Origin: Eledone cirrhosa
Taxonomy: Eukaryota
Direction: 5' to 3'
Assembly (NCBI GenBank): GCA_964016885.1
Contig: OZ024741.1
Coordinates: forward strand, 364,002,001 to 364,066,000
DNA length: 64,000 bases
Part shown: positions 52,347-64,000 of the stretch, piece by piece
Layout of the letters: the number at the start of each line of letters is the position of its first letter
How positions within the stretch are numbered: position 1 is the first letter of the stretch
Made by a program: the position numbers and the translations under genes
Notes under the pieces: generated by a model
What the model was told of the DNA's origin: nothing
The model's input: the letters and a program-made list of their open reading frames with translations, nothing else
Database searches by the model: none

Positions 52347-55300
52347 GATGTATATGTCTATAGATATATGTATGTATAATATATCTGTAGATGTATGTGT
52401 TTATAGCATGTCTGTAGATATATGTATGCATAATATGTCTGAAGATATATGTAGTATGATGTATGTATGATGTCTGTAGATGTCAGCATCATAATTGTTT
52501 AACATCCATTTTCCTTGCTTGCATGGGTTAAACAGGTCATCGCATTATGAGACAAGTCGGGTGAGGAGACCTATATTTGGGCTTGGTTTCTATGGCTGGA
52601 TGCCCTTCCTAACACCAACCACATTACAATATGGGCAGGGTTCTTTTTATCATAGCACCAAATGTATATATAATATATTTGTAGATATATGTATAATACC
52701 TCTGTAGATGTACATATGTATGATATACTTGACAGTTCCTCCATCAGTTTTTACAATAAGCATTCAGTTCTTCAATCTACTAAGTGTCCAACTAGTGAAT
52801 TAATGTGTAAATGGTTGAGTACAAACATGCGTACTCCTAACATAATTCCTAAACTGAATCAGCCTGACATAATATGTGACAAAGCTGAACCTTTGAATTA
52901 TAGGTACAATCTATGCTGTAAAATCCACACTGTACAGTCCATGCTGTAAAGTGGTCATGTAGGCGACACAGCAAAAAGCACCCAGCACACACTGTAAAGT
53001 GATTGGCGTTAGGAAGGGCATCCAGCCATAGAAACCAAGCCAAAATCAGTTATGTGTGAGCAAATTATGGTCCCCTGATCTGATCTCTCATAAAAGGAGA
53101 GCCTGTCCTACCCATGCTAGTGTGGAAAATGGACGCTAAATGATGATGAATCTTTCCAAAAAGCTTTTATACAGTTTCTGTCTACATGATTTTGCTCACA
53201 TGGCTTGAAACTATGGTTAAGACACTTTCCCAAGAAGAGCAGTGAGATTGAACCTGGGACCTCATGATTTCAAAGTGAACTTCTCAACCACTCAGTCATG
53301 CCTCCTTAAATATAATATATAGAGGTATATAGACAAACGCACATAGCTGTATACATTGGAATTTGTATGTTTGAGACTAACAAAAGAATTGATATATCAT
53401 ATTATTAGCTTTAAACAAGGCAAGAGTTAACTTACCTACTATTAAGCTTTGCTACTTTCATAGCATTAACATTTGCTATGAGAATAATGGTAATTTCTCA
53501 CTGTTAGGATTCTATTTTGAAGCTTGAAGGAACTAACAACAGCTGGAATTTTTTGTCTTTTATTATTATTTTTTATTATTTCATGTTTCATTATTTTGCA
53601 AGCAAACTGTATCTCTAAGCTTATAAACAAATACACACTAACTCGTGATTATATATTGTGTGTAAAATAATATAAACAGTTATTTTTAGGTTGGAGGGTG
53701 GTCAGACATAAAGTTAAATTTAAATCTTTGGATTTCTGCCCAAAACTGCCTCTGGTTCAATGATTTATAACTGTTTTAAAATGTTTATATTTATCTAAAA
53801 AACTTCCATAATAATTTTATGAAAGAACCTTTGTTAAGTTATGCTCCAAACACTAGCTTAATAATGAGGAAGTTAGTTATATTACTAAATTCCTCCAAAT
53901 TCTTGATTATTTCCAAAATTATTTGAAAATTGTTAGCAATAGTTTTCATTAAAATATGGTGGTGAAAGGACTATGGGGTATAGGTATGGCTTGCAGTATT
54001 TATTCCTGCTTTTTGCATTCTGAATTCAATTCCTACAAATGTGAACGATACAGTTTCATCCTTCTAGGGCTAATAACATAAGGTATTGGTTAAGTTCTGG
54101 GGTGAACCCCTCCCAATTTCTCTCTCTCTCTCCCTCTCTCCCCACCTCTCTCCAGCAGTCCCCTCTTTGAAGATATGTGGGACATTATGTGGAGTACCAT
54201 TGCAATCTGGACATGTCTTGCTAATTTCTGGATCCATTTGACTGCCTTAGGTAATTAACATGGGATAAAAAAACTGTAGATCAGTTGTGACACTGTTTTC
54301 TGTGGAAAGTGGTGTTCTTTCTTATTAATGATAAGGTGGTCTGGTAGTGGACAGCCACTTAGTAGTATTCATGGCTGGTACCCTTGAATCTCATTTTCAT
54401 CCACTAAACAGTGATGTTTCATCTTTGCCATCTCTTGGTTTTGTATGAAAATATCTCTAGCACGCTGTCTCATGCCTGGAACATCACACACCTCTAATCT
54501 TTATATTTTCTTCTTCTCCTCTCATTAAATATACCTGACACCTAGCCTTTCTTCTAGCTTATGAAACATGAATCTTGTTTCACCTTATGATATTAAAATT
54601 AAAGAAATAGACTAGAGATGTAAGAAATAAAAATTAATTGAAAACTAATAGGTGGATAGTAATAAAATTTGTAGTTGATTTGAAATGACTTATAGGAATC
54701 AATTGTAAAATGTAGTGGTTTTAATTTTAGTTCAAATCCCAAGGTTTGTCAGTAGACATAAAGGTTTGACGTTGCTTTTCATACTTCCATGCTCATGAAG
54801 ACATGTGACCTGATGGTTAGGGTGTTGGATTTATGATCATAAGGTTGTCAGTTTGATTCCTGGACATACAAGTTGTCTTCCTCAACAAGATGCTTCATTT
54901 TAGGTTGTTTTTCAATATAGGACTAGGGTTAATATCAGTTTTAAAAAACCCTGTGAACCTTTTTACGAGGTTACATCTCATAGGAGGTCAGCTAAACCAG
55001 CATATGTGTAATGTTAGGAATCATTAGTTTTTAGTTTTCAGATACCTTATCTATATCATTTATATTTCTCAGTCACTCATTTTAATATTCATCTCATCTC
55101 TGTGAAATTTCATGTCTCTATACATATAAAACCTACTATAGTCTATTGTTTACATTTTCTTCCTATCCTATAAATATTTTTGAACATTAGGCTAATAGTA
55201 ACCTACATTCATAAAAAATAAGTATACTGGCTTTAATCATGGCTATGGGGTTAAGAAAGTCATTCTACAACTACATGATATAAGGTTTGATTCCACTGCA

Positions 55301-55744
55301 TGGCACGTGTGCTCTGCTATAGGCTCAGGTCTAACTAGAGATTTGTCAGGGTAGATTTGTTTGGTAGATAGAAACTATGCTGATGTCTGTCAGATGGTCT
55401 GTGTCTGTTCTTGGGTAATAGACCTTATATTATTGCCTAGTTTAATCCCACCATCTGGCTCTTGTGTACTTTAAGCAGAATCTACTCTCTTGCAAGCATT
55501 CGAGCCAGGTGTCAGGTCTGAGAATAACTTCTTCCTTTACTTCAGTCAGTTCCTAAGCCTCTGAAAAAAAGTTCCAGCAGGTAGCAGCGAGCAGAATACA
55601 CAATCTTGACAAGAAGCAAAACACCCCGAAACAATTGTCAATTGTCAATTGTTTTCTCTCAGCTACCGTTGGAATAAAAGGTTGACGTTGTCATCTACCA
55701 TGTGGTGTTTTATGAAGCTGTTTATTTGTAAACAAACCGAATAT

Positions 55745-56190
55745 TAATAATAATTATTTCTACTTTTGGCACAAGGCCAGCAATTATCCCAGTGCATTAC
55801 TGGTACTTTATTTTATCGACCCTGTAAGGATGAAAGGCAAAGTTAACCTCGGCGGGATTTGAACTCAGATCGTAAAGGCTAGTAACTCCATGTTGCAAAG
55901 CATGGCGTCTGACCTTCTAACGATACTGCCAATCCACCGAATATTAATAATAATATTATGATATTATTATAATATTATTATAGGGCGGTGAGTTGGAAGT
56001 ATTGATAGAGCGTCAGACACGATGCATTGCAGCATAGAGTTCTGGCCCTTAATGTTCTGAGTTCAAATCCCGCCGAGGTTAACTTTGTCTTTCATCCTTA
56101 CGGGGTCGATAAAATAAAGCACCAGTAATGCACTGGGGTAATTGCTGGCCTTGTGCCAAAAGCAGAAACATTTACTATAATATTATTATT
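55745..56190. mobile_element. Head-to-head pair of SINE A copies
   Basis: Minus copy 55745-55939 with duplicated flank ACCGAATATTAATAATAAT; plus copy 55983-56190. Confidence 0.88.
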
Positions 56191-56884
56191 ATTTACTCAC
56201 GAATACATTTAGGTATCCACCATGTTAGGAGCGGAAACACATTTTGCTTATTTAAAAGAATGAAGTGACAAAAATACAATCAGGATTTGAACCCAGGGCA
56301 TAAATTGCTGTAACTAAATACTGCAAGGTATTTTTATCAAACACTCTAACGATACGGCCAATCCACATGTTAAGTAACCTAAATACCATTGACTAGAGAA
56401 AATAGATAGAATATGATAGTAGTAAGGGTGGTTTGAGGTGAAGACACCATTTACCTGTTATTTGACACAATGATAACTGTGATAACTGATTGTTTGTTAG
56501 ACAGTTACAACTACAGTCATTAAGCAATACAATGTAAAATGTAATGTTGGTCCTCCTCACTCTTCCACGCCTACCTCCCCCCTCTCTCTCTCAATTGTCC
56601 ATACATAAATACACATTTTAATTGCTATGTAACTATACACACAGACACACATGTACATATGCACAGATACATACGTACACATGCAAACACACACACACAC
56701 ACACATATAAATATATATATGCACATACCTTCCTACCTACATCATAAATACTTACATCATACACACATACATACATACATATATACATACGTATGTACGT
56801 ATGTACATACATATATACATACATACACACATACATAATGGCTGCAACTTGGCTTCAAGAATTGCCATCTCTTGATGTACCAGG

Positions 56885-58566
56885 ATTGTACTTAGATTTG
56901 TATCAGGCAAAAACACCACTGATGCTCTCTTCCTTGTGAAGTTGTTACAGGAAAAGTACCTAGCTAAAAGCAAGCCACGCATTTGTTGATCTGGAGAAAA
57001 CTTTCGACAGAGTGCTCCATGCTATAATCTGGGGAGCTCTTAGAAAACTAGGAGTAGATGAGTGACTTGTGAAGGCTGTATAGAGGAAGAGTCAGCAAAG
57101 TTAGGATTAACAATGACTATAGCGAGGAATTTAGCATTCAGGTTGGTGTCCATGAGGGCTCTGTTCTTAGCTCTTTCCTATTTATCATCGTATTGCAGGC
57201 TATAACAGAGGATTTGAAGACTGGCTGCCTATGGGAACTTCAATACATGGATGATCTTACATTCACAGCTGAATCTATAGTGGAACTAGAGAAGAAATTT
57301 CACACATGAAAGCAGGGCCTAGAAAGAAGGGGTCTTAAAGTCAACCTGGCAAAGGCTAAGGTCCTAGTAAGTAGAAGAAAAAACATAACCCAGATCCCCC
57401 CAGGGAAATGGCCTTACTCAGTATGTAGGAAAGGTGTAGGTAGAAATTCCATCCTCAGCCCCAAATGCAAACTATGGATACACAAGAAATGTAGTGGAAT
57501 CTCAAGACGTTTAGCTTTACATGTAGCAGCTGCACCAGGACAATAAGCAGCAAACAACCAGAGTTAATGAGCACTACCAAATTCTGGGAGGCCCAGTAGA
57601 AACAGTAGACAGCTTCTGCTACCTAGGTGACCAAATTAGCAGTGGAGGTGGGTGTTCTGAAAGTACAGTACTCAGAGTAAGAACGGAATGGAAGAAGTTC
57701 AGGGAGCTACTACCACTGCTAACTTCAAAATGCTTTTCCCTTAAAATGAAAAGCAGACTGTATGATGCATGCATACTAACAGCAATGTTGCATGGTAGTG
57801 AGACCTGGGTGCTGTGTGCAGAAGACTTGTGTAGATTAGAAAGAAATGAAGCTTGCATGCTCCGATGAATGTGTAATAGTATTATACGTGAATGGCAGAG
57901 CATAAACAAACTGAGAGAGAAACTAGGCATAAGAGGAATCAAATGCTGTGTGCAGGAGAGGAGATTACGTTGGTATGGACATATGATGCATATGAAGGAT
58001 GACAGCTGCATAAAAAGGTGCAGAGCGCTCAAAGTCGATGGAAGCCTTGGAGTGGGGAGATCCAGGAAGACTTGGGATGAAGTGACAAAGCCGACCTTGC
58101 CTAATTGCACCTCTCAAAGGCGATGACACAGGATCGAGATCTCTGGCATTATGCAGTAATACAGAAGACCCGACTTCCCATGGGCACAGGCTGAAGCTGA
58201 AGCATATAAAAAGTATGCCCCACCCCACCCTCCCATACATCCCCCATGAAGACAGGCTGAAGTATGTATCCAGTGAATCCCATAACCCACACTGTAAAGT
58301 GGTCATATAGGTGTCATGACAAAAAACAATTAGCCCACACTGTAAAGTGGTCATGTAGGTATCACAACAAAAACCACCCAGTACTCACTGTAAATGAGTT
58401 TGGCATTAGGAAGGGCATCCAGCTGTAGAAACCAAGCCAGGATCAGTTCTCTATGAGCAAGACAAGGTCACCTGACCTAGCATTGCCCACAACAGGACAA
58501 CTCGTTTAACCCATGCTAGAATGGGAGAGAGGACGTAAAACGGTGATGATGATGATAATGATGATG
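56885..58566 (+). mobile_element. 5'-truncated RTE LINE (older paralog of 1401-3148)
   Basis: TTDALF, FVDLEK.FDRV, YMDDL, HGSETW, RRLRWYGH; many stops; (GAT)n tail. Confidence 0.9.
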
Positions 58567-59029
58567 ACCTTTTTCTCATACATGGGTGACATGAACATGA
58601 TCTTTTGCTTCACCAAGGATTTAGATTCTTTTCTACATATGTTGCAGTGAAAATGCTATGCTCATGCAACACACATGAAAGTCATATAGATCAAGTGATG
58701 CCTGTGCTTGAAGCTTTTTTAAGTGAAGAAAAGCCTTGCACTAGACCAACCCCACTCTCTGAACAACAGTGACAGGTATCCCAAAAGAAAAACAGGTCAA
58801 CATCATTGACTGCCATCAAGTTGCAGGTTTTACATCAGAATTTTCCTTCTCCTAGAATGATGTTCTAACAAGAACTAGGTGTCTTTCACTCCCGATGGGC
58901 TAACCTGGCCCTTGAGCACCAAACTGAATATTTTCATGCCCCCACACATACATGCATGCAAGCATACATACATAAATACATAGATGCATAAATACATACA
59001 TAAATAAATACATACAAACATACACATGA

Positions 59030-59550
59030 TGGCTGCAAACTTTGCTAAGAGTATTGCGATCGCTTGTCAGATTACAGAGTTCGTTGCACTTTTAGGCTAC
59101 GGCCAGTCACGCAAACCCATAACAGATCCTGAACAAGCAACGCCTATGCTTTGAAGGTTTTTTAAGTGGGGAAAGACCTTGCACTCGACCAATCCCACAC
59201 TCTGAGCATCGAAAACATTACCTGAAAAGGAGAACTGGTCAACATCATCAGATGCTTCTGAAGCCGCAGGTTTTTTTCAGAGTTTCCCTCTCTTAGAAAG
59301 GTGTTGCGACAACAACTGGGGGCCTTTCACTCCCGCGCAAAAAAAAGTACTACTATTTGGATAGCCGTTGACTCTGCTGAGTTCCTCCGCCTTTTGCTGG
59401 ATCTTGTATTTCATCTCGCAGGGTGTCCAAATATCACCCTCCTCACCAAGCAAGCTTGGTGGGGTTGCCGGTTTAGTTGATGACAACCCAGCCATGAGAC
59501 AGGTTGTACTGGGTTACATGTTACCAGTAGCACTTGAGAGCGACCTGACA
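59030..59550 (-). mobile_element. RTE-like LINE 5' UTR fragment (related pieces at 58630-58900, 29800-30095, 63480-63682)
   Basis: CTA.GAGA.GGAAA.TCTGA motif, recalled as typical of RTE 5' regions; shared 5' block CAGTACAACC...ACTAAACYGGC. Confidence 0.55.
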
Positions 59551-59761
59551 TACACATACATACAAATATACACATACTCATATACACACATACATACATT
59601 CATTTTAATAATTGTTTCTATTTTAGGCACAAGGCCAGCAATTACCCTGAAGTTCCACTGAATCTAGTGATGTCTCTGTCTGACATAGACTCCTAAAACC
59701 CTTAGCAAAACCATGGTGCATACTACCAAGTAATACTTGACCTCAAGTAGTTATATATATA

Positions 59762-60070
59762 TATGAATTTGTTTTGCAAGGCTTTTGATATGAAATCGTG
59801 TGTTGAAACAAATATTGTTATATTTGGGGAGGGTCATATTGTTATAATATTGCCAGAAATAATAATAAAAAACACTCACTGTTTGATTTGGATTGGTTTT
59901 CGCTTCTGTATCTTTTATATCTCCACAGTTAATTTATCTGAAGATATAAAATTAACTATGGAGATATAAAAGATACAGAAGTGAAAACCAATCCAAACAA
60001 AACAGTGAGTGTTTTATTATTATTTCTGGCAATATTATAACAATATGACCCTCCCCAAATATAACAATAT
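59762..60070. repeat. Fold-back palindrome (59812-60070), family of 10075-10500
   Basis: Arms are reverse complements; centre near 59940; begins at (TA)n. Confidence 0.88.
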
Positions 60071-60820
60071 ATATCTCACAACAGAAATAACAAAAGGCTA
60101 CAAGGGCTGGTGCTATGCAGTGCTGAGGAAGACCAGACTTGCAGCATGCAATGTGACTTGACCTACCCCCATGCCCCTGCCTCCACTTGCACTCCCCACC
60201 AGTTATCTTCAACATCGCTACTTCAACTCCACCGTGCATGCCCTACCCTGCCATTCCTAGCAGCTGCCCTCCCCCTCCTGTGAAGCAGTTGATGATTGGA
60301 AAGGCATTCAGCTATGGAGGGCTAAACAAACAAAGTGTTGGGAGGACCCTTCAGCTGTTTCAACTACATGACAACCTCTCCTGTGCACTCAGTGGAGTGT
60401 CGACCATACATAAAGTGAGACACAGATCCGTGGCCTGTCTGGGAGTTCAGTGGCTCCGCTTCAGTACTGACTTGGTCTATGTAGACCTATCACTCAAAAT
60501 TGCTGGCCTTGTGTCTAAAAGTAGAAACAATTATTATTATTATTGAGGCTATCGGCCCTTGTGGCCAATAAATGAAATCATTATTATTGAGGCTATCAGA
60601 GCCATGTAATTTGTTATAAATGAAAATACATACAAGAAACCACAAATTTAGATTACTTTTTTTTTTATTCAATGCAATTTTTTAATCTTATCTAAAATTA
60701 CTTCAACGATTGTAAATTTAATTAAAAAAAAAAAAAATTTCAGAGCACTTAACCACTCAAGATAGAGTAAAAGGCCACATGTGATTTCAGAGCAGCAGGT
60801 TTCTCATCCATGCTCTAGAC

Positions 60821-61526
60821 CAAAGGTTCTCAACGGGGGTCATATGCACCTCCGGGGGGCGTTTCGGAACTCCAGGGGGGCGTTTGGGAGCAAGGTCGCG
60901 TTAAGGGGGCGTTTGGAGCTGGGGGAGGGAGGTTAGGGGGCGCTGGAAGGCTCTTTATTTTGGTAAGTTTTATAAGCCATATTTGTATGTCTTTGAGACA
61001 ACCAGTGTGAATGCATTTGAATGAGCTTGCAGACAGCATAACTATAGTCTGACCGCAGCTGTGAGCAGGTGTGCAGGCATGTCCGGTAATTGAGACGGTA
61101 ACCGGTAATTGAGATCCTAAAAATGGAAAAACCCACAGTCAACTGCGTCAAAGACACTTTGAGCGCAGCCAGTTAGAATCTTATCTTTCCTTCACCGATA
61201 ACAATGTATTTCATGTCTGAAATTATTGACTCAACCATAACGAGTTAACACTATGTAGATCTATTTTATTCCCTATTGTATAAATAATATTACAAATAAA
61301 AAAAAAAGAAAAGAAAAAACAGAAGCGAGTAGCACACACATCTAGGACAACACATAATCAGATAATACACACATCTTTGGAATATTGTTAATCAATTTTT
61401 TAGTAATCTACAGATATAAAAATCAGTAGTATATTGAAAAATGGAAAAATAGGGGGGGGGGGGGGGCGTTTCGTGATTTCTAGGGACAAAAGGGGGCGTT
61501 TGGCCTAAATGGGTTGAGAACCTGTG
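60821..61526. mobile_element. hAT (Charlie-like) non-autonomous element
   Basis: Perfect 8-bp TSD CTCTAGAC (60813-60820 and 61527-61534); TIRs CAAAGGTTCTCAAC / GTTGAGAACCTGTG. Confidence 0.92.
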
Positions 61527-62249
61527 CTCTAGACCTAGTAGATAATAAGAAATAAAATGCTATATGTATGCCAGGGTTTTCGGGCATACATATAGCATTC
61601 AGAGATTCATCCATTTATCAATATGTGTACTTAGAAAACACATCTACACAGAGAAAATAACTTTGTATCTATACAACCAGTGAATGCCCTTTAACACATT
61701 CTAGATGATACCAAATTGACCAATTAGAGAATAACATTTAGATAGATAATCAGGATACAACAAATTTGGTGTGTCCTATTGCTGGCTGCTAGATTGACAT
61801 TGCTTCGGTTGCAGGAAGGAGCTTTCTATACATTCCCTGTCATTAAAAAATAAATAAATGCCATATATTTAACTGACAGTATGCTGTGTTTATAAATAGT
61901 ACTGAAAATGGTATAAAAATAATTTTGTCTAAAATAGCAAATATATACTTACAATGAACTTTGTATAATAGGTGCAGACATGGGTGTGTGGTTAAGAAGT
62001 TTGCTGCACAAACATGTGGTTTTAGGTCCAGTTCAACTACGTTGCACTTTGGGCAAATGTCTTTTACTAGTCAGTCAATTACTTTTGGGAGAAATTTGGT
62101 AGATGGAAATTGTGTAGATTCCCATCATATATGTGTGTGTGTGTGTGTGTTTACGCCTACTGTTCATGTATTGCTCATAACTTAGCAGTTCAATAAGAGA
62201 TTGTTCAGATCTTTTTTTAAGGTATTATTTTTTATTTTCAATATACATA

Positions 62250-62416
62250 CTGTATTTTCTGGTGCTGAAGACGCTTCGTCCTCGAGGACGTACCCTATTT
62301 TGATGACCAAAAATTTGAAAAAGAATAATAAACAACCTTTGGCCTCCAGCACGCATGGTAGATGTTTTGGACTTATTTTAGGAAAAAAGTAGCGTCTTCG
62401 GCACCGGGAAATATGG
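62250..62416. mobile_element. pogo/Tigger-like MITE
   Basis: TA|CTGTATTTTCTGGTGCTGAAGACGC ... GCGTCTTCGGCACCGGGAAATATGG|TA. Confidence 0.75.
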
Positions 62417-62619
62417 TAAATAACATTACAAGTTGATCACAATTCTTTCAGAATGAAAATAAACACATATAATAAATACAATTAACTATTGCTAAGAACT
62501 TCACAAATATAACGCACCAAATGACCAGAGCGAGAGAGAAAAAATAAAGAATAAACAAAAACAAAAACAACCATCAATTAACTACCAAGTGTGACAATTG
62601 ACTGCACTTTACAAGGGTC

Positions 62620-63100
62620 AATGGACTATTTTGAGGCCAGCCAATATGCTTGCAGCATTACCACGGGTGATGGCGAGGCTAAGATTGCAGAAACAACCAG
62701 ACCCTCTCATGGGCATCACCTGAAACCTCAGTAAAGCGAGCCACCAGCGATGGCAAGAACTTCACTGTCAGCAGAACTTCACTGCCTCTTACCCAGAGAC
62801 AAGGGTAAGGCCGTCTGGTCTTTTCCCATCACTTCTCGATAATCCAGTCTGGTCCAGAACTGAGGGATATTTACCCAAGCTAGGTTTAGCTTGGTGTGGC
62901 AGGCAAAGTGATCAGCATTCAGGCAGCAGGACAAACCATGGAGGTCTGTGGAGTCAAGGGACCTACCACAATAACATCTCAGACCCTAACAGACAATTGC
63001 AGGCTGCTGGCCAGTTTGATGACTGAACAAGCTTTTTTTAGGTCACCTTTTCTAGACTCTTCCCATGTGGTATGTATGAGCAAGGCATGCCCAAAAAGGG
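62620..63100 (-). mobile_element. CRE-like RLE LINE 3' fragment
   Basis: RSDGKRPDGLTL, LSLAITRGNAASIL. Confidence 0.75.
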
Positions 63101-64000
63101 CTGCTCAGATGCTCAAGACTCCAACGAAGCTTGTTGGTGTTCAGGTTAACAGTGCAAAAACCATTAGGATAAGACTCAAGCTGCCTATGTGTAGATTTGT
63201 GACCATGTACTTCTAACTGGTTGAGCCTACACATGTTGCCACCCCTCCACCACTGTTGGACTTGTGAAGAAATATCTACACATAAAGATGGCAATGCTAC
63301 ATGCTTGTGTTGCACACATAGCACCCACTCCATCCTCGTAGCTATGTGTCCAGTTACAAGCCAAGACAAGATAACAGGACAGTTACGAAGATTGCATGTG
63401 TCATGGAATATAACCTCTCCGGGGGGTGAAACCATACTTACCATGTTTGGTCAATTACAGGTTGATGAGACTGTTCAATCCCTAGTTGGGGAGGATGGCC
63501 GTTGACTCTTTGGAGTTCATCTGCTCTTTGACAGCTCTTGTCTTTGTGATGCTGGGTTTTCACTTACCTTTCTCACCAGGTCAGGGTCTGGTGAGAAAGC
63601 CAGTTTAGTCATTGACCATCCGACCATGAAACAGGTTGTACTGGGCTAAATGGTACAAATAGCAGACAGAGACCTGACCTGACACACACATATATATACA
63701 CACACATATATATTCACACACACATACACATATAAAAGACCTCCTTCGGTCACATATGACCTTTGACCTTAGGATTTGCACCTATAAAGTTCCCCACAAG
63801 TCTGGACAAGGTCCTTTGTGGAAGACCAGCAATTGCCCACGCATACGTGTCTCCCCTCTCCACACCAATCTTGCCCATGGAAAAGACAAAGGCCGTTACA
63901 GCTTGGCACCAGTGATATCACAACTAATTTCTATAGCTGAGTGAACTGGAGTAACATGAAATAAAATGTCTTGTTCAATGCATTGCCTGGTCCAAGAATC

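Overview
AT-rich eukaryotic, repeat-dominated DNA. The repeat inventory points to a cephalopod, probably Octopus; this is an inference. Most ORF-track entries are microsatellite or antisense artefacts. Recognisable content: (i) RTE-clade LINE fragments with a PHD-like Cys/His insertion and (GAT)n tails, plus two tRNA-derived SINE families; (ii) CRE-like RLE LINE 3' fragments; (iii) DD37D (maT) and mariner relics, hAT, piggyBac and pogo-like MITEs, a non-autonomous Helitron and a solo LTR; (iv) two Penelope-like element (PLE) remnants (RT and GIY-YIG); (v) probably the 5' end of one host gene on the minus strand (non-coding exon near 28.0-28.15 kb, first coding exon 12385-12522 with a signal-anchor-like N-terminus). 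The main signal is a dense set of sequence-diverse type-I hammerhead ribozyme motifs, about ten intact, variant or decayed plus half-motifs. Several lie in short pLTR/retrozyme-like units or long fold-back palindromes sitting in (TA)n tracts, suggesting a multi-family non-autonomous, ribozyme-bearing PLE system. All folds were paired by eye, not computed.
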